Shown piece by piece: positions 1 to 11,650 of a stretch of DNA of 64,000 bases. The notes below the pieces were generated by a model. The model did no database searches and was not told the origin of the DNA. It was given only the letters and a program-made list of their open reading frames with translations. The stretch covers positions 3,472,001 to 3,536,000 of the forward strand of contig JAYWIR010000004.1 in the NCBI GenBank assembly GCA_036172245.1, read 5' to 3'. How positions within the stretch are numbered: the stretch's first letter is position 1; the number at the start of each line of letters is the position of its first letter. The position numbers and the translations under genes are program-made. Source of the stretch: Raillietiella orientalis. Its lineage: Eukaryota.

Positions 1-3000
1 AGAGGCGGCGCGGTTCGCTCGGCGGCGCTTTTTGTCAGCGCGGCACCTGGAGGAGGGCGCCGCCGCCGCTGTTGATGGTCCGTTGCGGCAGTCTGTTGTT
101 GCTGGATTCTTTCCGGAGACGCACCTGGGAACACGCAGAGGCAGGGCAGGAAGGTGTGCAGAGAGACCGCCGCCGTCTTCCCAGTGGAAGCGAACGGGAG
201 AGAGTGCGCGCGCTTTTCTCGGAGGAGGGGACCTCGGCAGCCATTCGAAACTTCGCCTCTGGCACCCGTTCGGCCGGGAGCTGCTTCTGGTCCCCCGTCT
301 CCTCCTCCTCGAAAGGGAAGAGGCTCTGTTTTTTTTTTGTTGTTCTCCGCGCACTGCCAGCGCATGCGGTGGCGTCCTTGGCAACCGCTGCTGTGACCGC
401 GAGCGCCCTCTGCCGCTTGCGTGGGTCCGGCGAGTTCACCGAGACCGAGGCGGAAGGCGAGCAACGCCGCTGGCGGATTCCTGCTGCTTCTCCCCCGGTT
501 AGCGTCACGCGCGCACAGCACCGTGGCGCACCTCCTTCCTCCTGCCATGCACACACGCACACTGTGCTTCCCTTGCAGGGCGGGAGGGTCCTCCCTGTGA
601 TCGGGGACCGATCTCGCACTGCGCAGGCAATCGTTCCGCGACAACGCACGCGCGGGGACTGAGAGAGCGATCCCAGAGGCCTCGGGCGCAACTCCAGGGA
701 GCAAGGGGAGGGAATCCCGTCGGTTCGCGCGCGGCCGGATGCTCGCGGCTGGGACGACACGGCGTCTTCCGCCTCCGCCGCCTCTGATTGGCGGCCCTCC
801 TGACGGCTCTAGGACCCGCGCTCGAATCATGCGGACCGCGCTGGCTCCTCGACCGCTCCCCGACAGACCGCGGGCAAAAAGCACGCGCTCGAAGGAAGAA
901 GAAAGAAAGAGAGAGACGGAGGAGAGAACGTGGCAGTCCCAGTGCACTCAACCCTGTCAGTTTTGCTTTCCTTTCCTTTCTCTTTTTAGTCCGTTTTTTT
1001 TCTTTACCTTCGCTGCCGCGGCGGCGCTGCTGCGTCTTGTCGGCGTTCATCAGAGACTGCGCTTCCGAAACGTCCTCCCCCCCCTCCTCTCTCTTTCATA
1101 CGCACACACACACACACACCTTGGGGGTGGCCGAGATGGAGAGGCCGGCCGCGCGGCAGCCTCATCCGTTCCTTCGCCGGAAGAAGGTGTCCTGGCCTCG
1201 CGCCACTTCCGCCGAAGGCGCCTGCCTGCCGCTCCCCGTACCCCGGGGGATATGTCGACCCGCGGCGCGCCTGCTGAAGGATGTCCCTCGGGGGGACGCC
1301 AGCCGGATCGGTTTCCGCCGGTGACGGTGACGGGGGCGCGCAGCCCCCGGCGGAAGCGCGGGGCAGCAACATCAGCCTGTGCTTCCGCCGGGACTCGCGC
1401 GCAGGACCGGGCGCGACAACCCGACCGCCGCCACCGCGAGGTGACCTCGCGGGGAAGACGGGAAGAGCGGGGAGGGATCTTCCGCCAGGCTCGTCTCCTG
1501 CGTTCTCCCGGAGAGCGCGCCTTCGGGAGACGGAATGAGCTCTCCCGTTCCCGTCGCCTCGTCGGACGCGTCGGGGAGAGAAACGCGAGCATTCCCTTGG
1601 GAAGCCCTCGAGGGTTCTCGAAGGTTATCCCGTTGGAGGGGACGCGCGTTTCGACAGGGAAGCCTCAGGCGCAGCTATCCTTGCGGAGGGAGCCCTTTGG
1701 GCGGCGTTCGGAGCCTGCGCCTTGCCGGCTCAACCCTCGGTGAGGAGGGAGAGGAACACCCCCCAAGGGGGCGCACCCTCTTCCTGCCTGGATGAGTCAT
1801 GGGGTCGGGGCCCGTGGGGGACAGGGGTGGCAGGAAAGGAGGAGCCGCCGCGACATCTGTCTGTGCACTGGAGGAGCGGGGAAAATCCTGGAACGAGGCG
1901 CGGCGGCGTGTCCTCCCCGAGGACGCGCGCGGCGAAGAGGATCTTGCAGGGCAGGGCAGGAAACGAATGGAACGACGGAGACGGGACGAAGGTGGACGGA
2001 CGGACGCCTCTCACGCTCCCAGCAGGGAGAGCGCGACTTCCGGAGGCAAGCGCGCGCGCGCGGGCGGGAGGGCGGCGGCGGGCCCCTTCCGGTGCCCGAA
2101 GCGCCGCATCGTCCGCTCGCGCCAGCTCGCTCCCCCTTGCCGTTTCCTCCCGCGGCGCGTGCGCTTCCTCCGTGCTCGCGCGCTGGCGGGGCCGCCGAGG
2201 TCGCTCGCGCGAGGCTCGCGGGGAAGGCGAAGATCGCCCTCCCACGCTACTGACGGTTCCGGAGGATGGAGGGAGGGGTCTCCCTAGCTGCCTTCCTCTT
2301 CCAATGCAAAGATCGCTGCCACTAGCCCCTGCGGATGACCCCTTGATCCCCCTCCTCCCCCCGTCGACTCGTCGACTCGCCTTCGTCTCTTAGGGCGCGC
2401 GTCCCGGAAACGGTTGCGACCCAGAAGACCTCCGCACGTCGCCGTGGCACCTGTCCCACCGGGTGTCCATATCGACCGGAGGACGAGGGGCGCCGCGTCC
2501 AACCCTCTGGCCCTCCTCTCCCGTGCCCGCGAGAGGAAAGGAGGGGAGAGGACTCCTGCACTACTCCCTCTGCCTCCTCGGGGAGATCCCCGAGTCTGCG
2601 GGACGAGTCCTGCCGGTCTCTTCTTTCCAAGAAGAGTCCGGTTCTTCTCCTACTCTTGGAAAGAGGAGGAAGAGGACAAACGGGAGGGTGTCGGGAGCGA
2701 CGGGCAACGAACGGGATACGGAGGAAAAAGGATGTGGAGGCGGGGTGGTGGAAGGTGGGGAAGAGGAGGGAAGGGAGGGGGAAGGGGAGACGCTGCCGTG
2801 TGCTACAATGTAACACATTTCCGAGGTCGTGAGGCAGGGGGGAGGAGGACAGAAGAGGCTTGTGGGGGCAGGAAGGCCGTCCCGCGCTCTTGTTGGGGTG
2901 GGGGTGGGGAGTCCGTTGGCGCGCGGGGTGCTTCCCGCCTGGAGCGAGACGAGGAACAGAAGGGGAGCCGAGGAAAGGTGAGCGGATTGGCAGGAGCCTC

Positions 3001-5080
3001 GCTCTCTTTCTGAGCAAGGGAGGGACGGGGGGGGGGGAGGGGCACGGCGGAGAGGCGCGCCTTAGCTTCTCCTCCCGCTTCCTCCTTCCTGGGAAGGGTG
3101 GTGGTGCTCCCGAATCGCTCCCGAATGTCCCGTCAGGACCGGTTGCCACCTCCCTCCCTTTCCCCCTCTCTGCTGCTGCCGACGACCGCCGCCCTCGAGA
3201 GAGCGCGCGCGCACCGCCCTCCGGAATGCGGGCGGGGGGAGCGGCTCAGAGCCTCGCTGTCCGACCGCCGCCGCCGCCGTTTGTGCGCGCGTCTGCCGTA
3301 GCCAGGGGCAACGCCGGGTCCGGGGCACCCCTTCTTACGAGCCTCCGTCCGATGTCCGTGAGGGGGAAGGAGCGCGCGCGCCTTGCGCGCTCCCCACGGC
3401 GAGGGGAGAGGGGGAGCCACCACCCGTCGAGGCAGAGGGCGCTCCCGCCCATCTCCCTCTCGCTCCCCTCTCGCCGCCCGAGGGGTATTGCAGGGGATGC
3501 GTGCCCGCGAGCGGGCGCCGCGGGCGCGCCTCCCCCCTCCCACTTCTTCCACCGCCGTCCGCGCGGGGCTCCCTGCCCGACGGCGGACGCGAAAGGAAGT
3601 CCCTGCGGCGGCGATGGGAAGCGGGAGACGCCGGAGAGAGGGAGAGAGGCGCACCCCTACCCCCCGCCCCGAGTCCAGGGAAAGTGTCCCATCTCATCCC
3701 CTAGAGAGTTCCTGATTTTTTTTCCCTCTTTCGTTCCGGGACCGCGACCGTCTTCGTCCGTTCCTGTGTGACGCCGGCGGCTCCCATCGGGAGAGCGGAG
3801 GGGTGGTGAGAGAAAGGAGCTAGGGCGCGCTGGAAAATCCCCCCCTCCCTCCTCTCTGTCTACAGCACCCCTTCCGTCTCCTCCCTGCACCCGAATCTCC
3901 ACGGTTACGGCGGCGCATGCGAGAGGCCGGAATCCTCGGAATCCAAGGAATGCCCGCTCTTCCCTCCAGGGGGACGGACCCGGTCGCTGCCCAGCGCCCG
4001 AGGAGGACGTCGCGCGGGATCGGCCATCCGCGGAGAAGAGGCAAAAGTAAAAGTGAGGGGGAGGGGAGTCGAGCGAGGAGTGTGGTCTTCCCGCCGGCTC
4101 CCGGGTGGCTGGTCGGAGAGGAGCTGCCGAGTCGTCTCTGGGCGACGGCGGCCGGGAAGAGGAGAGGACGTACGTGCGTGGACGGCGGTCGCCCTCGTCC
4201 TTGCGCCCGCGCCGCTGCTTGGGGCAGCCACGCTTCGCACCGGTGGGTGGGGCGGTGGGGGTGGAAAGGAGAGTTTGGGGAATCAACCGGGAGTCCCCCG
4301 GGATCCGGAGGCGCTTGAGGAGGAGTGCCGTACTCTGTGCTCCCTCCTGCGCGCGCCCGCTCGGGTGCGCGCGGACGCAACAGCCGCATGGAGGCGTCGT
4401 CGCCGTCGCCCGCGAGCTGCCATTCATCGGGAAAGAATCCCAGGAATTCGCCTCTTCCCTCCTTCCCTCGTTCCTCCCCCTCCCCTTCCGCTCTCTCCTC
4501 CTCCTCCTCCTCCTCCGCCGCCGCCGCCACTGCTGCCGCTCCCTCCCTCCCTCCCTTTCTCTCTCTCTCTCGCTCGCGCGGGTTTGCTCGCGTCCGTCCG
4601 CTCCGCTTCCTGGAGGCGCTCAGGGCGAGGCCCCAAACGTGCCGACGCTCCCAGCCGACGGGCAGTGCCGTCTCTCGCCTAGACCGGCGCAGACGTTCCT
4701 TTCGTTGGTTCGCCGTGTTGCCCCTGGTGGTGGCGGACCCGCGGAATGCGCGCGTGACGCCCCGCGGGAGGAGCAGAGGAGGAGGAGGACGGCCCGAGAG
4801 GAGGGACCGCTGCGAAGGAAGGCAGCAGGGAGGAGGCTGCAGGCTAAGGAAGAGGAGGACGAGCGAGAGGTGCGCGGCGCGCGCTCGGATCCCCGGGCAA
4901 CAGAACCCGAGGGGACAGGAAGAGACCGCATAGGCCCACCCCAGCCCCCCTCCCCCCTCCCTTTTCTCCGTCCCTACTCCCTCCCGGCCCCACCCCCTGT
5001 TTCCCTTTGTCCCTCAGGGGGGACCCGGCGGACGGAGCCCCCCTCCCTTCCGCCCCCTTCTCCCCTCTGCTTTCCCTGAG

Positions 5081-5161
5081 CCCCCACCCTCCTCCGCGGA
5101 AGGAGGAGGAGGAGGAGGAGAGGAAGAGGAGGAGGAGGCAGGAGTGAACGCAGTCGGAGGG
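5081..5161 (+). repeat. 81-nt direct repeat, copy 1 (GGA-rich core with unique flanks)
   Basis: cccccaccctcctccgcggaagg...gcaggagtgaacgcagtcggaggg is identical to 7908-7988 (offset 2827). Confidence 0.9.
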
Positions 5162-5215
5162 CGGCTCGCAGATGGTGACGATCGGCGCGGGCGTCCCGCC
5201 ACCGACATAAGAACG

Positions 5216-5255
5216 CCCGCCCGCCCGCCCGCCCGCCCGCGCGCGCGCGCGCGCG
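5216..5255. repeat. (CCCG)n tract followed by (CG)9 alternating tract
   Basis: cccgcccgcccg... then cgcgcgcgcgcgcgcgcg at 5238-5255. Confidence 0.85.
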
Positions 5256-5914
5256 TCTACGCCGATAGCGGCACGCCGCGTGCTCCCTGTGATCAGTTCG
5301 TGCCTGCCGATAAGATGAGGAGCTGCGGGTGCGCGCGCTCCTAGCCGCCGCCGCCGCCGCGCTCGGACGACGGATGCAGGCATCCGGGAGCCCAACGCCT
5401 TCTTTCCCCGACGAGCCGGTAGGTGGCAGCGCGCGCCCCGTTTCGCCCCTAGCGGCGTGCTCTCCTGCCTGGAAGCCGCCGCCGTCGCGGTGCCATCTCG
5501 GCGCGCGCCCGAGGCGACTGCCCCTGCAAGCCCTTCTCCCGTTCGCTCGGGAAGGACGCGCGGCGGCGCCAGGGGAGGGAGCGCCGCACGCGCGTTTTCT
5601 CCCAAGACGATTAACAAACGGGAGAAGGGGTGCCAGGAGGAGGACGGGAGAGCCGTCCCTCCCTCCTTCGCTCCTCCGTCCCCCCCAGGTCGTCCCTTTC
5701 TGCGAGCTGCGCACCTCCTCCTCCCTCCCCGCCAGCCGCCGCCGCCGCCGCCTTGCCGGTCCGTCTTCCCTCCCTCCCCACCCTCCCCTCGTGTTCTTGG
5801 GGGGTTTTGAAGGTCACTCGTCCCTCGCCCCTATATCACCCTGGCGACGCATACCAGGAGGGAAGTGTTGGGGAGAGACCCCGGGAAAGGGGGGCGCTCC
5901 TCTGCCCCCCCTGA

Positions 5915-6766
5915 GGAATGCGCGTCTGAGCCAGCGAGGTCGCGCGCGCGCGATCGCCGGGCGCGGCGGCAGATGTTCTCCGAGGGCGCATTCCTCGCCC
6001 GCACCTGAACGGGAATGCCTGTGCGCGTCACCGCTTCAGGAATGCGGGAGAGCGGCGGCGGCGGCGGCGCACAGCTGCTGTAGCGACTGCACGCGCAACC
6101 GCCGTCGCCGTCTTTCCGGCGCTGCGGCCTCGTTTCGGCGGACGGCACAGCGCGCGCTGCTTTGGAACGCGCCCTCCCTCGCTCCCTCATACGCACGCAC
6201 GCACGCACGTACGCTCGCCCGGCGCGCGCGTGAGAGAGAGGGAGGGCGAGCGTCGGTGTTTTACTTTTTGGTTTCGCTCCCAGGGAATGGAACACATAGG
6301 GAGAGGGAGGACAGCACGGAAGAAGGCGCAGCGCGGGCGTCCTCTCTCCCCTCCCCCTAATTGCCGCCGCGCTGCTTCCTATTTTTTTTTTCCTTCCCCC
6401 CCCCCCCCCTCTTGTTTTGTTTGGACCTTCACATTCCGCGCTCGCGGGAACGAAGACGAGTGGCGCCGGACCCTCCTCTGCCTCTTCCCTTTCCCCTCTG
6501 CCTCCGTTCCTCCTCCGTTTTTTTTTTCAGGAGGCGGGGGAAGGGGGGAGAGGGAAGCTGGGAGACGGGAAGATTTCCCTCCTCCCCCTCCCTCTAGCAT
6601 GCATAAAGGAAGGACCGCGAGAGGGGACAGGAGGAGGAGAAGGATGGGCGGAGGCTACCCTTTTTCCTTCCCCACTCTGCACGCCACCCCCCCTTCCCCG
6701 GCCTCCTTTCTCCCGGAGAGGCTCCCTCCTCCCCTCACCGTCGGAAGAGATCCGGCGCCCGGAATG
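5915..6766. promoter_or_regulatory. Cluster of 7 TEAD/Scalloped (GGAATG/CATTCC) motifs upstream of the expanded start codon
   Basis: GGAATG at 5915, 6012, 6039, 6284, 6761; CATTCC at 5989, 6432. Further isolated sites at 1532, 1590, 3223, 3947, 4743, 7851. expanded is an established Yorkie/Scalloped target in Drosophila; function here is inferred. Confidence 0.6.
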
Positions 6767-7121
6767 CTGCGCTCCGCCTGCATCCGCCGCCGCATCGCAA
6801 TTAGCCGGAGCGGTGAAACCGAGAGAGCGCGGGGGGATGGACGGCCGGGTGGACGTAGCGTGCGTACGGGCGGACGCGCGCGCGCGGGAGCGTGTTTCTT
6901 TCCTCCCCCACCTCCTCCTCCTCTTCCGCCCTCCCCCTCCTCCCTGCTTCTTCTTCTTCTGCTGCTGCTGGTGCTGCTTCCCCCGCCCGCCTGCGGCTGT
7001 TTCCGCTGGTATGCAAGGCGAGTCCGCTTTCGGAGCGGAATTTGGCCTCGAAAAGGGTCGTTAGGCCGTCTTGCGCCATCCCCCCCTCTTTGCGATTGCA
7101 GGTGAGAGGAGCCTTCGGCGC

Positions 7122-7145
7122 GCTGCTGCTGCCACCGCCGCCGCC

Positions 7146-7187
<42 letters not shown>

Positions 7188-7212
7188 GCCGCCGCCGCCG
7201 CTGCTGCTGCCG
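7122..7212 (+). repeat. Compound (CTG)n/(CCG)n trinucleotide repeat in the presumed 5' leader of expanded
   Basis: gctgctgctgccaccgccgccgccgtc, then a (gct) run of about 12 units, then (gcc)n and (gct)n. Lies between the acceptor-like ttgcag (~7101) and ATG 7277. Confidence 0.9.
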
Positions 7213-7276
7213 ATGGATCGGGAGCCACGATCGGAACGCACCGCCGCCTCCGCTGCCCCCACCGCCGGAAGCCGTG

Positions 7277-10200
7277 ATGTGGCAGAATCCGGCTGACGCG
7301 CAACCCGTCGGCCCGGCCTGCAGCCTATCCCTGCCGGCGGGTCAGCGCTACGTCGCCGTGCACCTGCTGACCAACCAGTGCTTGAACTTCGTGGTCGAGG
7401 TACGTGCAGCAGCAGCCGACGTCTCCGGCGCTCCTGGTCGTCTCCTCGTGCGCGCCCTCTTTCCAGGGCTCGTGGAGCCCCACAGTGCCGCGCGGCGTCC
7501 TCCCCGGTACGCCCTCGGGGAAGGTCGATCCTCTTCTCTCTGCCCGGTCCGAACCGCCTGGCAGTGCGCGCGCGCCGATAGACGCGCTCCGGTTATCGAT
7601 CTCCTTGAGGTCGCCTTCCGTCCTTCGGTCTCTCGGGCAACGAGCGACGGGGAGCGCCCCGCGCGCGGGGGCTCCACGCCTCAAAGGCCCGCGGTCCCCC
7701 GCCGCCGCAGGGCTTTCCCTCGTCCTTACCCTCGGCTTGCGAGGAAGGAAGGTCGCCCGTCGCCGCGAGCGGCGGCGGCGGCGGCGGCGGCTCTTCATCC
7801 CCGGCGATGGACCTGCTCGCGGCGTCTCTGATTCTCCTTCGTCCCAGGTCCATTCCCGCCCCGCGGTGCGCATTCTCGCGCGTCGGTATGCCCTCTGCAT
7901 CCGACCTCCCCCACCCTCCTCCGCGGAAGGAGGAGGAGGAGGAGGAGAGGAAGAGGAGGAGGAGGCAGGAGTGAACGCAGTCGGAGGGGAGGGCAAGGCC
8001 CTCACCCCTGCGACGCGCCGATGGTCGCGGCCTCCCGCTCACCCATCTGGTGGCGGGGCCACGGACCGTTTCTCGTTCGGCGTTCACCTTCGGTGTCAGC
8101 CTGGAAGAAGCTGGGCTGCCTTCCTCCCCCTCCCTCCCAGACTCGCTCCCGCGTAGCTTTTGCTCCCCCATCCTGACTCCTCTCCTTCCCAGGTCAAAGC
8201 CCGGGTGTGCGAACTGCTGAACACCGTTGTCGATTACCTGGCCGTCAAGGACTCCAACCTGTTCGGGCTGTCGACCTTTTCCGGTAAACAAAAGACCATC
8301 TTCCTACCCCTTCCGCACCCCTTCACATCTACTCGCTCTCTCTAATTACCGGTCTCTTCCCCCGAAGACGGTGAGTTCCTGTTTCTGGACCCGGAAGTCA
8401 AGCTGTCCAAGTACGCGCCCAAGGCGTGGAAGTCTTCTCGAACCGTAAGTCGCCTTCCGCCGCCTTGCGCGGTTCCCTCCTTTGCATTGTCGCTCACATT
8501 CTTTTTTTTTCTTCTTCTCTCCCCCTCCCCAGGGACTCAACAACCAGTGTCAACCTCTCCTGGTGCTCAGCTTGCGGGTGCTGTACTACTCGGAGCATCT
8601 GGCGCTGCTGAGGTGGGTGCGTGCCCGCATCGGGAGCGGAGAGTACGCCGCTGCGCGCGCCGCCTACCCATCATCCCCTCTTCCTGCTCCTGCTCCTCCT
8701 GACCCCTCCCTCCTTTCTCATCCGCCCGCTCCCCACGCAAACCGCTGCTCACCGCTCTCTCTCCCAGAAACAACATCGCCCGCCACCACTACTACCTGCA
8801 GCTCCGGGAGAACGTGATACGGCAGCTGCCCGTGGACCGTAGCACGGACCAGTACTTCGTGCTGGCGAGCCTGGCTCTGCAGGCGGACCTAGGCGACTAC
8901 TATTCCGACACCCACGACCCTCCCTACTTCGTCCCCAGAGACTACTTCCCAAGCAATGTGGTCGAGGAGGTGGGGCTCGACTACATCTACCGGAGGACGC
9001 CCCTGCTGCACGAGGAGCTGCGCGGGCTGAGCCGCTGGGAGGCTGAGCTGCGCTTCATCAAGGAGGCAGCCTCCTCCCATAACGCCCACTTCTATCCTCT
9101 CCGGGCCCGCAAGGAGGACGCCCAGGCTTCCGTCCTGGTGGGGGTGTCCGCGAAGGGGCTGGAGATCTACGAGGTGAAGTCCTCTCTCGTGCGGAGCCAT
9201 GCCGTCACCCTCCCCTGGTCCAACATCAGCAAACTGAGCTTCGAGGTAAAACGCGCTGCCGCTTTCCTTCCTCGCCTGACGCCGCCCCTTCTCCTCCTCC
9301 TCCCTTCTCTTCCTCTCGGACCGCGCCCGAGCAGAAGAAGAAGTTCGAGATCCGCGTGGCCGGAGAGCCTGATGCCCAGCGCTCCGTTTACCTGGCGCCG
9401 TCCGACTCCAAGGCGAAGCACCTGCTGTATCTGTGCCGCATCACCCACCAGTACTCCCTGGCCGCCCTGCAGGAGCTGCGGAGACCTCCGCCCGAGAGGA
9501 AGGAGAGCGTGCGCAGCGACCACCGCATCTCCCTGGTGTCCAGCATCTCCTCCAACACGACCTCCGGGATCGTGGCCGACAAGCTCCAGACCACCGACGA
9601 CAGCGAAGGTGCGTTACCCGGAGGTGGGCAGGGCGGGGTTGCGGAGTTCGTGCCCCGGCCCCCTCCACCTCCTCCCAACCCCCCACCATTCTCACTCTCC
9701 TCCCTCCCTTCTGCACAGACGATCTGGAGATCGAGATCCTGCTGAAGTGCCCTCCCCCGACGGCCTCCCTGGAGTCACTCACGCTCAGCGACCTCGAGGG
9801 TCGCCGCGACGACCCCAGGAGCTGCAAGAGGAGTCCGAAGAAGACGGCGGAAGACACTCCTACCCCTAGGGCGTCCACCGTCCCCAACCAGGAAGAAGAG
9901 GAGGAAGGAAGGGGACAGCAGGAGGAGGGGGAGGAGGAAGAGGACGACGATGATGACGATGACGACGAGACCGAGTTCGGCGGCCAGCACGCCCGCTGCA
10001 GCCTGGCGGAGCCTCACCTCTACAAGACGAGCTTCAGCGACGACGAGGAGGAGGAGGCCAGCGAGGCGGCCCCCTTCCAAGAGGAAGACGTGCTCCCCTA
10101 CTGCTGCGACTGCCCCGGGTGCGCCATCAGCGACAGCGAGGACGAGGGCGAGCGCAAAGTGCACCGCCTGCGGGGGGAGGAGGAAGCGAACTGCTTCTCT

Positions 10201-11544
10201 CACGTTCCCGCCAGCAGTGGCACCTACCCGTCCCGGTCTAGCGTCAGCCACACGTTCGACACCGACAGCGACTACGTGCGCGTTCCCTACCAGAGCGAGG
10301 CCGGTGCGCTGTTCATCAACAGCCGCCCGGAGATAAGCGTGCTGACTGCCCACGCAAGCGACGTCCCTGCCCCCGTAAGAAGCTACGCCTCCCCGGCAGT
10401 CCCCTACGCCTGCGGCGGCGGCAGTTCCGGTTCCCGGGTCGCGGGCAACCCCAACGTCCTGGGCGTGCCTCTCCCCCCGGTTCCGGACAGCAGCAGCAGC
10501 AGCTCCCGTGGCGGCGGACGGTGCGATGTGCTCATCGCCACTGCCCCGGCCCCTTCCCACGCCGCCTTGTCCTTCGGCGGGCTCGCCTCCCAGCAGCAGC
10601 TCGAACAGTACAAGCAGCAGCTGTATTCCGACGTCGACTACGTCATCTACCCCCTTAAAGATCCCGTCATCAGCAGGCAGGAGTACGCAGACGCCCGCCA
10701 CCTGATGGCGGCAGCGGCGGCGGCGGCGGCGGCGGCTACGGTCGGGCTGCCAGCCCCGCCCCCATACCGGCCCCCGCGGACAGATTGCGCGGCCAGCCGG
10801 CCGCCTCCCCCCTTGCCCTCCTGCGCCGCCGCCAGCGGCTCCTCGAGGTACAGCTCCTACTCCTCCTCGTCCCTCAACCTCAGCAGTGCCCCAGAGAGCG
10901 CCTACTGCTCCCCGGCGTCCAGCTCCGCCGATCCCTACCGACAGTGCCTGTCCGCCTCCTCGCTTAGCCTGTCCGGGTCCTCGGCAGCGTCCCACGTTGC
11001 CTACGGCTACGGCTACGAGACGGCCAGCTACTCGACGGGTAGCGAGGGCACGGCGTCCTCCCAGAGCCTGGCCGGGAGCTATGACCCCATCCACCGCGAA
11101 CAGCAGTACTGCGAGATCGGCCCCCCGAGAGGGGGCGGCGCCTCCCCTCCCAAGGAGGCACAGGGACAGCTGAACCTGACCAGCCTATGGGAGCAGAGCC
11201 GCGCGCTGGACCTCCCCCTGCTCGCCGCCCTTTGTAACGACCGGTCCCTATTGCCCGTGTCCTCCGTGCCGAGCGACACGCCCGAACCCGGTCGACTGAT
11301 CCCCGCCAGCAAGGTTCCCCCTCGCAGCGGCCCTTCGGGGAAGCACTGCGAGAGGAAGTGCTGGAAGCCGGTGACCTTGCCCAAGGCGAGGAATTCCTAC
11401 AGCATCAACAGCCCAAAGAAGTTGCCCGTCCCTCCCGTGGTGGCCCCGCGGCCGCTGCTCCCCCCCAAAGTCCCCGCCTTCCCGCAACGCGGCCAGCTCG
11501 TCAACAGCAACAGGTGGCCGCCGAACCGCGAACCCAGAAAGTGA
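7277..11544 (+). CDS. ex: Expanded/FRMD6(Willin)-like FERM-domain protein, Hippo pathway upstream regulator; 7 coding exons, 982 aa
   Basis: Hand-spliced exons 7277-7399, 8193-8283, 8368-8444, 8533-8612, 8768-9245, 9335-9608, 9719-11544; all GT-AG, phases consistent, total 2949 nt = 983 codons. FERM segments (LFGLSTFSDGEFLFLDPEVKLSKYAPKAWKS; RHHYYLQLRENV; LASLALQADLGD; WSNISKLSFEKKKFEI) and Expanded-type C-terminal blocks (SSISSNTTSGIV, QQLYSDVDYVIYP, PPPY, LDLPLLAALCNDRSLL) recognised from memory of Drosophila Expanded. Confidence 0.93.
7908..7988 (+). repeat. 81-nt direct repeat, copy 2, in the first coding intron of expanded
   Basis: Identical to 5081-5161. Confidence 0.9.
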
Positions 11545-11577
11545 TGTTTCCGTGCCTCAGAAAATCCGTACCTGACG

Positions 11578-11607
11578 GGAACACCCCACCCGGTAGTGGG
11601 GTGTTCC
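11578..11607 (+). other. Perfect 12-bp hairpin in the expanded 3' UTR
   Basis: GGAACACCCCAC-ccggta-GTGGGGTGTTCC, 33 nt after the TGA. Confidence 0.75.
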
Positions 11608-11644
11608 GCCTGATGTACATGCAGATCCTATTTATATGCCGATA

Positions 11645-11650
11645 AATAAA
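11645..11650 (+). terminator. Candidate polyadenylation signal of expanded
   Basis: AATAAA 100 nt after the stop, in a local AT-rich patch followed by a T-rich stretch. Confidence 0.55.

Noticed and set aside
1..7100. Many overlapping 150-340 aa ORFs on both strands
   Set aside because: Arg/Pro/Gly/Ala-rich translations of very GC-rich, microsatellite-laden DNA with few stop codons; no domain and no consistent exon structure.
9775..11094. 439-aa minus-strand ORF
   Set aside because: Antisense shadow of the large GC3-rich last exon of expanded.
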